IMG/VR virus record: IMGVR_UViG_3300045454_000008
Coordinates: 1 to 46,481 of that record
DNA: 46,481 nt
Origin: a virus
Direction: 5' to 3' (one strand)
Below, piece by piece: positions 6,885 to 13,408 of the stretch (position 1 is the stretch's first letter; the number at the start of each line of letters is the position of its first letter). The translations under genes were made by a program, and so were the position numbers. Below the pieces are notes generated by a model. It was not told where the DNA came from and searched no databases. It worked only from the letters and a program-made list of their open reading frames with translations.

Positions 6885-6949
6885 CCTCTCAGAGTGCTAC
6901 TGCCACCACCGCGCACCGCGTGAACGGTGCGGGATGGAAACGGCAACAC
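6885..6949 (-). promoter_or_regulatory. Conserved leader, copy 2: GTGTTGCCGTTTCCATC + hairpin + 26-nt box
   Basis: Motif variant at 6937-6949, directly after the TAA of 6950-7228. Hairpin CGCACCG/CGGTGCG at 6912-6931. 26-mer at 6885-6910. Confidence 0.55.
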
Positions 6950-7228
6950 TTACAGCTCAGAACCGCACCGGTCGCAGGTGTCGCCATCCACCTGGGATGC
7001 GAAGATCACCTTGGGGAAGTCGCCCGAGTCGAACGAGTATTCGTCCATCCGGTCGATGCCGAACGCCGCTGCCAGTTCGTTTAGGTTCTGCTCGGCGGAC
7101 ATCTGTCCGGTGGCGTCGCGCCACCCGTCGAACGCCTCACCCTCACCCGTGGGGAGTGCGTCGACGACGCACGAGCTGCAAAGCGTCTCTGCCTGGAACG
7201 TGTAGCCGGCGATGGCCGTTGCGCGCAT
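6950..7228 (-). CDS. Small zinc-ribbon-like protein, first gene of the leftward operon
   Basis: Trimmed to ATG 7228 (GAGAGGATCGGGACA upstream). 92 aa with CSSC...CDRC Cys pairs. Confidence 0.65.
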   Translation of the reverse strand: MRATAIAGYTFQAETLCSSCVVDALPTGEGEAFDGWRDATGQMSAEQNLNELAAAFGIDRMDEYSFDSGDFPKVIFASQVDGDTCDRCGSEL

Positions 7229-7264
7229 TGTCCCGATCCTCTCTCGTGCTCTCCTTGTGCTCCC

Positions 7265-7296
7265 ATCGTAGCAACAGCAACAGCACCATGCAACAC
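7265..7296 (-). promoter_or_regulatory. Leftward operon promoter candidate (P-left)
   Basis: Minus strand: GTGTTGCAT-N17-TACGAT. -35 at 7293-7288 and -10 at 7270-7265, about 30 nt before ATG 7228. The spacer GCTGTTGCTGTTGC resembles the promoter at 40461-40493. Confidence 0.5.
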
Positions 7297-7400
7297 ATGC
7301 CGCCAAGATTCTTCGACGAGCTTTGGACGCCGGCACGGATGCGAGAGGCCGCCAGCCTGACGCCGTAAGGCGGACACGGGGACAGTCTCCCAATCTCGCC

Positions 7401-7438
7401 CATATCGATGCATCATGCCGCATATCTATGCATCATCC
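7401..7438. repeat. Two 18-bp direct repeats phased 20 bp apart (CATATCNATGCATCATNC)
   Basis: 7401-7418 catatcgatgcatcatgc and 7421-7438 catatctatgcatcatcc, 16/18 identical. Lies about 105 bp upstream of P-left. Confidence 0.7.
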
Positions 7439-7509
7439 ATGCCATGCGCTGCCACCCTGCCAGCTCCTGCCGGCCCTGGTCCTAGCCTGCCTCACTACGT
7501 GCGCTATCA

Positions 7510-7590
7510 GGGGGTGGTGGGGGTGGTGGGGTGTCTCTCGCGGGGCGTCTTGACCCGGGGGATGTTAAAGCCGGCGGGGGTGCGTGGGGG
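7510..7590 (+). repeat. G-tract array (G-quadruplex-capable) in the non-coding region
   Basis: GGGGGTGGTGGGGGTGGTGGGGTG, followed by four further runs of 4-5 G (7542-7545, 7557-7561, 7576-7580, 7586-7590). C-tracts follow at 7600-7630. Confidence 0.6.
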
Positions 7591-7678
7591 TAGTACTCTC
7601 CCCCGATCTATGTGCCCCCCTTGGCCCCCATCTAGCTGTGGACAACACTGCTTCGTTCACCCGTTTGGGTGATGTGTA

Positions 7679-7700
7679 CAGAGCCTCAAAAGAGGCTCTG
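7679..7700. other. Perfect 9-bp hairpin CAGAGCCTC-AAAA-GAGGCTCTG in an AT-rich island
   Basis: Read directly. Local GC is about 46% over 7661-7760 (counted by hand). No flanking U-tract on either strand. Confidence 0.6.
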
Positions 7701-7752
7701 ACCTGCACGTTTGGAAAATCTGAGTGCTCAAGTGGCATCTATATAGTTGAAA

Positions 7753-7808
7753 GGGGTTTTACGAGCGAGAGCGAGTGAAACCCCGTAAACGACCCCTCCC
7801 AAGGGGTC
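7753..7808. other. Two further hairpins (GGGGTTT...AAACCCC at 7753-7784; GACCCCT-CCCA-AGGGGTC at 7791-7808)
   Basis: Read directly. The first loop contains the tandem GAGCGAGAGCGAG. Confidence 0.55.
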
Positions 7809-7887
7809 GGGGTCGAAGCGTAGCTCTAGCGGAGCGTAGACCCCCTCCTCGCTCCTCCCTATCGGTCGTCGCTCAGGTTCCCCCTGA

Positions 7888-7952
7888 CGCTGGTGATCCC
7901 TGAGCGCCTTGCGCTCCGGTGTGCCTTGGTGGCCCACCGTCGCTGGTGATCC
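7888..7952 (+). repeat. 12-bp direct repeat CGCTGGTGATCC x2, 53 bp apart, upstream of HNH/terminase
   Basis: Copies at 7888-7899 and 7941-7952. Each is followed by NTGANCGC. Hairpin GAGCGC-CTT-GCGCTC at 7901-7915 lies between them. Confidence 0.65.
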
Positions 7953-8032
7953 ATGACGCATGTGCGCGCGCGAGCGACCCCGCAGGAGCACCCCACACCT
8001 GCACCCCACAGGACCGCATGGAGGTAGCGCCC

Positions 8033-8341
8033 ATGTCCACGTTCGGTGACCCCCGTCTCCCGAGGAAGTTCTGGGACCTCGTGGAGCCTCGCGCGAACGG
8101 CTGCTGGATCTATTTCGGCGGCTACACGGGCGACGGGTACGGGGCCTTTTATCTCACCAAGAAGCAGGACCGGGTGCACCGGCTCGCGTTCGCCCACCTC
8201 GTCCGCCCGATCGAATCGGGCGAGTCGATTGTCCACACTTGCGGCGACCGCCGCTGCGTGAACATTAAGCACCTTTATGCAAAGGAGGTCCGGCGTGCCG
8301 AAAAGGCTGGATCTCCCCGAGGCGAAGGCGCGCGTTCTTGA
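8033..8341 (+). CDS. HNH endonuclease adjacent to terminase
   Basis: Trimmed to ATG 8033 (GGAGGTAGCGCCC upstream). RKFWDLV...NGCWIYFG...VHRLAF...HTCGDRRCVNIKHL. Its 3' end overlaps the terminase start by 47 nt. Confidence 0.8.
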   Translation: MSTFGDPRLPRKFWDLVEPRANGCWIYFGGYTGDGYGAFYLTKKQDRVHRLAFAHLVRPIESGESIVHTCGDRRCVNIKHLYAKEVRRAEKAGSPRGEGARS

Positions 8342-10193
8342 ACTCATCGCGGCTGGCGATTCTGTTGAGAAGGCGATGGGTGCGGTTGACCGCACCGTCC
8401 GCACCTGGGAGTCGTGGCGCAAGTCCGACCCGGAGTTCGCCCGACAGGTTGACGAGATTCGTGCGGCGCGCAAGCGACGTGTATCTGACGATGCTGACGT
8501 TGAGGTACCTGTTCGCCGGGATATGCCGTTCGCGGAGTGGCGCAAGGAGTACCTGGGCTTCGACACGTACGCCCACCAGCAGCAGTGGATCGACGTTCTA
8601 GAGGGGCGCGAGCCGCAGCCTACCGAGGGCTGCGAGTGGGACGAGCGGAACCGCAAGCGGCTCATCATCAACGTGCCGCCGTTCCACGCGAAGTCCCAGA
8701 CGATCACCGTGGACTACGTGACGTACCGGATCTGCATGAACCCGAACGTCCGCATCATCATCGTGTCCAAGCGTGGCGAGTCGGCGCAGAAGTTCCTGTA
8801 CCAGATCCAGCAGCGCCTCACCTCCACCCGTTTCGCCAAGCTCCAGGCGGCGTTCGCCCCTGACGGGGGCTTCAAGCCCGAGAAGGGCGAAGGGTCGTTC
8901 TCCCAGAAGGTCATGTACGTGGCCGGCCGCACCGCCGACCACAAGGACCCCACGGTCGAGGTGCTGGGCATGGGCGCCCAGATCTACGGCTCCCGTGCGG
9001 ACCTCATCATCCTGGACGACGCGATCACGGGCGCGAACGCGAACGAGTTCGAGAAGCAGGTCTACTGGCTGGAGTCCGAGGTCGAGTCCCGTGTGAAGAA
9101 CGGGACCATCCTCCTGGTCGGCACCCGGCTGGCCGGGCAGGACTTGTACTCCGAGCTGCGCGTGGACGACCGCTACCTCAACGGGCGGTCGCCCTGGTCC
9201 TACCTGCGCCAGCCGATGGTGCTGGCGTTCAGCGAGGACCCGAAGGACTGGAAGACCCTCTGGCCGCACACCTCCACCCCGCTGGACGAGCTGGAGGAGG
9301 AGCCGGACGAGAACGGCCTGTACCCGGCGTGGGACGGGCCGGCGTGCGCGAAGGTGCGCGACTCCAAGCCCCCCGCCGTGTGGTCGCTGGTGTACCAGCA
9401 GCAGCAGACCGCTGAGGACGCCACGTTCAAGCCGATCTGCGTGCTCGGGTCGGTGAACGGCCAACGCAAGCCTGGCCCGTTGAAGGCGGGCGCCTTCGGG
9501 CACCCGCGACGCGGCAAGGAAGGCATGTACACGATCGCGTCGATGGACCCTGGGATGGGTGTCACGTTCGCGGTCGTCGGGTCGGTGGACCGCAAGGACT
9601 CCAAGCGGTGGATCGAGAACGCCTGGGTGCTGAACTCCCCCTCCCCCACGTCCATCCGTGACCTCATCAAACGGGTCACGGACGAGTACGGGGTGCAGGA
9701 GTGGGTGATTGAGGAGCAGGGCTTTCAGTCCTTCCTCACCCAGGACCCCGAGATCCGCGCGTTCCTCGCCTCGCGCGGTGTGCGCATGTCCGGGCACTAC
9801 ACGGGCCGCAACAAGCTGGACCCCGACTTCGGGGTGGCGTCCCTGTCGGGCCTGTTCGGGTCCACCCGTCGCATCAACGAGGGTGCGGGCCGTGAGGTGT
9901 TCAACCGGGACAACCTCATCGAGCTGCCCGACCAGAACATGTCCGCCGGGATCAAGGCGCTCATCGAGCAACTGCTGACCTGGGTGCCTGGCAAGCGCGG
10001 CTCCAAGCTCACCCAGGACGGGCCGATGGCCCTGTGGTTCTTCGACCTGCGCGCCCGCGTGATCCTCGGCCACGACCGTGGCCGTGAGCCGACCCAGCAC
10101 GTTGCGATCCCGTTCATGTCCAGGGGCGCGCAGAAGAAGCAGGCGTCCGCCCCGTTCGCGTGGGGTCAGAGAAGGAGGGTGGCCGGTGGCTGA
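8295..10193 (+). CDS. terL: Terminase large subunit with N-terminal HTH (small-subunit-like) extension
   Basis: GTG 8295 follows AAGGAGG by 6 nt. ATPase-like INVPPFHAKSQ and LIILDDAI (Walker B). The C-terminal part is nuclease-domain sized. The N-terminal 80 aa (LELIAAGDSVEKAMGAVDRTVRTWESWRK) look like an HTH. Confidence 0.85.
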   Translation: MPKRLDLPEAKARVLELIAAGDSVEKAMGAVDRTVRTWESWRKSDPEFARQVDEIRAARKRRVSDDADVEVPVRRDMPFAEWRKEYLGFDTYAHQQQWIDVLEGREPQPTEGCEWDERNRKRLIINVPPFHAKSQTITVDYVTYRICMNPNVRIIIVSKRGESAQKFLYQIQQRLTSTRFAKLQAAFAPDGGFKPEKGEGSFSQKVMYVAGRTADHKDPTVEVLGMGAQIYGSRADLIILDDAITGANANEFEKQVYWLESEVESRVKNGTILLVGTRLAGQDLYSELRVDDRYLNGRSPWSYLRQPMVLAFSEDPKDWKTLWPHTSTPLDELEEEPDENGLYPAWDGPACAKVRDSKPPAVWSLVYQQQQTAEDATFKPICVLGSVNGQRKPGPLKAGAFGHPRRGKEGMYTIASMDPGMGVTFAVVGSVDRKDSKRWIENAWVLNSPSPTSIRDLIKRVTDEYGVQEWVIEEQGFQSFLTQDPEIRAFLASRGVRMSGHYTGRNKLDPDFGVASLSGLFGSTRRINEGAGREVFNRDNLIELPDQNMSAGIKALIEQLLTWVPGKRGSKLTQDGPMALWFFDLRARVILGHDRGREPTQHVAIPFMSRGAQKKQASAPFAWGQRRRVAGG

Positions 10194-12003
10194 CATCGAC
10201 GACATCCGGCGCATCCACCAGCGCGTGGAGGCGCTGAAGCGCAAGCACCTGGAGCGGGACTTCCACGCCGCGAAGGTGCGGGCGGTGCGCCACGGCCACT
10301 TCGACCACGTTGCCCCGGACCTGTTCTCCGACGAGTGGCCGGCGCCGATCGTCGCCAACCGCATCGACACGTTCGCCCAGCACGCCTCCGCCGCCCTGTC
10401 ACCCATGCCGATCATCTCGTGCTCGTCGGTGACCTCGAAGTCGGACGCGGCGCGGGAGTTCGCGGACAAGCGCACGAAGATCGCCAACCACTACTTCAAG
10501 CGGTCCCGGGTGCAGGCGCAGATGCAGAAGGGCGCCGACCAGTTCTACACCTACGGGCTGATCGTGGCGTCGGTGGAGCCGAACTTCCGTGAGCAGTTCC
10601 CGGACATCCTCATCGAGGACTCCATCGGGTTCTACCCGGTGTGGGACCGCATGGGGCGCACCGTGGAGACGGCGCGCATCTTCACCAAGTCGCTGGTGGA
10701 GGTGATGGCCGAGTACCCGGACTACGCAGGCCGGCTGCGGGCCAAGTTCGAGGTGGGCGGGCAGTTCAACCCGGACAAGGAGATCGATCTCGTCAAGTAC
10801 GACGACGGCAAGCGCGTCGTCATCTACGTGGCGGACGACCCCGAGTGCGTCCTCATGGACATCAAGAACCCGCTGGGCCGCTGCTTGACGGTGGCCGTGC
10901 GCAAGCCCGGCCTGGACGACGAGATCCGGGGCACGTTCGACGACCTGATCTGGGTTCAGCTGGCGCTGCACGCGATGCAGACGTACACGCTGAGCGCCGC
11001 CGCGCAGGCGGTGCAGGCGCCGATCGTGGCGCCCAACGACGTGACGGACATCGAGGTCGGGCCTGGCGCGGTGATCCGCACCAACGACCCGCAGGGTGTG
11101 CGCCGTCTCAGCCTGGACGTGCCGACCGCCGCATGGGCGGCGCAGGACTACCTGGCGAAGGAGCTGGAGTTCGGGGCCATCGTCCCCGAGGCCCTGGGCG
11201 GGTCCATCGACGCTTCGGTGGTCACCGGCAAGGGTGTCCAGCAGCTCATGGCCGGGTACTCCCAGCAGATCGCGAATGGCCAGGCTGCCCTGGTCGGGTT
11301 CTTCGAGCAGATCACCTCCCTTGCGTTCCAGATGGACGAGGTGTTCTGGCCGAACCTCTCCAAGAAGATCGAGGGCCACGCGCAGGGCACCCCCTACTCC
11401 CTGACATACCGGCCCTCCCGGGACATCAAGGGTGACTACACGGCGGAGGTGCAGTACGGCGGGATCGCCGGCCTGGACCCGAACCGTGGCCTGGTGTTCC
11501 TGCTCCAGGCGCAGGGTGCTGGGCTGGTGTCGAACGACTACGTGCGTCGTCACCTGCCCACGAACATGAACCCTGCCGAGGAGGAGACGAAGATCCAGGT
11601 CGAGCAGGTGCGCAACTCGCTCATCCAGGGTCTGTCGGCGTACATCCAGAACATCCCGAACATGGAGATGAACGGGCAGGACCCCTCGCAGGTGCTCATC
11701 AAGGCTGCCGCCTTGGTGAAGGCGCTGGAGAAGGGCGAGGGCATCGAGGATGCCCTGCTGGAGATGTTCCCGCCCCCACCCCCGCCTGACCCTGCTGCCG
11801 CGCAGGACCCGATGGCCGCCCTCATGGGCGGTGGCGAGGGTGGCGGCATGGGCGGCGGCCCCGAGGGCCTGGCCCCCGGGCTGGCGACCCGTGGCCCAGG
11901 GGGGCGACCCGACCTCTCGATGCTGTTCGCGGGCGTCAACGCCAGCGGCAACCCGAACCTACAAGCCGGAATTTCACGTATGGCTCCGGCGAGGACGGTG
12001 TAA
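10186..12003 (+). CDS. Portal protein
   Basis: GTG 10186 follows GAAGGAGGG and overlaps the terminase stop. 605 aa. The call rests on position directly after terL. Pro/Gly-rich C-terminal tail. Confidence 0.7.
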   Translation: MADIDDIRRIHQRVEALKRKHLERDFHAAKVRAVRHGHFDHVAPDLFSDEWPAPIVANRIDTFAQHASAALSPMPIISCSSVTSKSDAAREFADKRTKIANHYFKRSRVQAQMQKGADQFYTYGLIVASVEPNFREQFPDILIEDSIGFYPVWDRMGRTVETARIFTKSLVEVMAEYPDYAGRLRAKFEVGGQFNPDKEIDLVKYDDGKRVVIYVADDPECVLMDIKNPLGRCLTVAVRKPGLDDEIRGTFDDLIWVQLALHAMQTYTLSAAAQAVQAPIVAPNDVTDIEVGPGAVIRTNDPQGVRRLSLDVPTAAWAAQDYLAKELEFGAIVPEALGGSIDASVVTGKGVQQLMAGYSQQIANGQAALVGFFEQITSLAFQMDEVFWPNLSKKIEGHAQGTPYSLTYRPSRDIKGDYTAEVQYGGIAGLDPNRGLVFLLQAQGAGLVSNDYVRRHLPTNMNPAEEETKIQVEQVRNSLIQGLSAYIQNIPNMEMNGQDPSQVLIKAAALVKALEKGEGIEDALLEMFPPPPPPDPAAAQDPMAALMGGGEGGGMGGGPEGLAPGLATRGPGGRPDLSMLFAGVNASGNPNLQAGISRMAPARTV

Positions 12004-12515
12004 TGAAGACCTGCGCCGACTGCGGCGAGACCAAACCTCTGGACGACTTCCATGTCTCGGGGCGGTCTCGCGCCACAGGGGAGCCGTACCGGAACGCCCG
12101 GTGCGGCCCCTGCCGCTCGGCATGGCGGAAGTCCCGCCCGGGTTACGCCGACGAGCGGTCCAAGGTGAACGCGCGGCGCAGGCAGCGCTACGCCTCCGAC
12201 CCGGAATACCGCGCCGAGATCAAGCGCCGCAACAGGATCTTCCTGTACGGCGTGGATCAGGAATGGGTGCTGGCGAAGGTTGCCGAGCAGGGCGGCTGCG
12301 CGGTGTGCGGAACCAACACCCCGGGCGGCTGGGACTGGCACGTTGACCACGATCACGCCTGCTGTCCGACCGAGAAGACGTGCGGGAACTGCCTTCGTGG
12401 GGTCCTGTGCGGCAACTGCAACCTGATCCTGGGTCATGCTGGCGACTCCGCCGACAGACTCATGGCTGCGGCGGCTTACCTGTTGACGTTTCAGAACGTC
12501 CTGGAGTCCGCCTAA
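12003..12515 (+). CDS. Endonuclease VII-type (HNH superfamily) nuclease inserted between portal and head genes
   Basis: CADCGETK...CGPC and WDWHVDHDHACCPTEKTCGNCLRGVLCGNCNLILGHA (recombination endonuclease VII signature). Paralog of 42738-43343. Confidence 0.8.
   Translation: MKTCADCGETKPLDDFHVSGRSRATGEPYRNARCGPCRSAWRKSRPGYADERSKVNARRRQRYASDPEYRAEIKRRNRIFLYGVDQEWVLAKVAEQGGCAVCGTNTPGGWDWHVDHDHACCPTEKTCGNCLRGVLCGNCNLILGHAGDSADRLMAAAAYLLTFQNVLESA
12480..12492 (+). promoter_or_regulatory. 13-bp motif copy CTGTTGACGTTTC
   Basis: Lies in the 3' end of the EndoVII gene. It is the only coding copy in the alternative phase (L-L-T-F). Confidence 0.55.
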
Positions 12516-12612
12516 CAGACGCCCCGTGGGCGTGCGCTCCCGTCGCTACCCGGTCGAGCGCCCCACGGGGCACCCCACTGAAAGCACAACAAACACAACG
12601 CGGGAGGCCCAA

Positions 12613-12870
12613 GTGGACGAGGAATACGAGGCCGAGGGCCACGCGCACGGGGTCAACTGGCCCAACGCTGCCGTCTCGAAGCTGAACTGGACGGACCCGC
12701 TGATCCTGGTCACCACCACGGTGGAGCTGATCGGTGAGTGCATCCAGGGTGTCGGCCAGCTGGCCGGGTCCATGTTGAAGGCGCACTCGAACGTGATCGG
12801 TGAGCGGCAGAAGTTCAAGGCTGAGGCTGGGGCGTTCATCGAGTCCCTGACGAACGGGGTGGACAAGTGA
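12613..12870 (+). CDS. Hypothetical virion-module protein
   Basis: Trimmed to GTG 12613 (GGGAGGCCCAA upstream). 85 aa. Confidence 0.6.
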   Translation: MDEEYEAEGHAHGVNWPNAAVSKLNWTDPLILVTTTVELIGECIQGVGQLAGSMLKAHSNVIGERQKFKAEAGAFIESLTNGVDK

Positions 12871-12950
12871 GCCGCTGCGACTGCGACTGCCTGCTGTGCG
12901 AGCAAATTTGCCAGGACTGCACGGGCAAGTGCGAGGTGTGTGAGAAGTGA
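12867..12950 (+). CDS. 27-aa cysteine-rich micro-ORF (8 Cys)
   Basis: Reads VSRCDCDCLLCEQICQDCTGKCEVCEK. GTGA overlaps at both ends fill the gap between the flanking genes exactly. 24 of 27 third positions are G/C. Confidence 0.45.
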   Translation: MSRCDCDCLLCEQICQDCTGKCEVCEK

Positions 12951-13408
12951 GCGTGACTGCCGGTTGGGGCGGTGCGCGAACGCCGGCCAACCCGGCGGTC
13001 GTGTCCGGCCCCGGAGCCAACTCGGCCAGGACTGACGGCGGGGTCATGGACCCCAACAGCCCCGCATACGGGGAGGGCGTGGAACTTGGCAACCTCCAGT
13101 CGGCGGCCCCGATGGCGGGCACTTCCGGTGCGGCGCCCGGTGGTGGCGCTGCGCCTGCGCCTCGCACGCCCCCGGTAGCCCTCGGCGCACCGTCTCAGAA
13201 CGCCCTGCCGGTGACCGCTGGCGCGGCTGCCGGTGCAGGCCCCGGCCCGGAGGCGCTGGGCCTGCCGATGGACAAGACCCAGGAGTCGAAGGCTGACGTG
13301 CGCGCCCTGGACCCGGCGATGGTGCAGGCGCTCCTGGCTGCCGCATCCCGCCCCGGGGCGACCCCCTCGTTCAAGCGGCGAGTGCGGGAGATGACGACGT
13401 ACCTGTAA
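12947..13408 (+). CDS. Hypothetical Ala/Pro/Gly-rich virion-module protein
   Basis: 153-aa ORF with a GTGA-coupled start. Confidence 0.6.
   Translation: MSVTAGWGGARTPANPAVVSGPGANSARTDGGVMDPNSPAYGEGVELGNLQSAAPMAGTSGAAPGGGAAPAPRTPPVALGAPSQNALPVTAGAAAGAGPGPEALGLPMDKTQESKADVRALDPAMVQALLAAASRPGATPSFKRRVREMTTYL

Noticed and set aside
7510-7533. The short tandem repeat GGGGGTGGTG x2.4 as a CRISPR-like or minisatellite array.
   Set aside because: The units are directly adjacent with no spacers, only about 24 nt in total. There is no repeat-spacer architecture anywhere in the window.
7415-7672. 85-aa ORF (and 7323-7553, 7584-7778, 7728-8009) in the 0.8-kb divergent region.
   Set aside because: Third-position GC is about 65% by hand count, whereas the genuine genes that were counted have mostly G/C at third positions. 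There is no RBS, and the translated G- and C-tracts give poly-Gly/Val/Pro strings.
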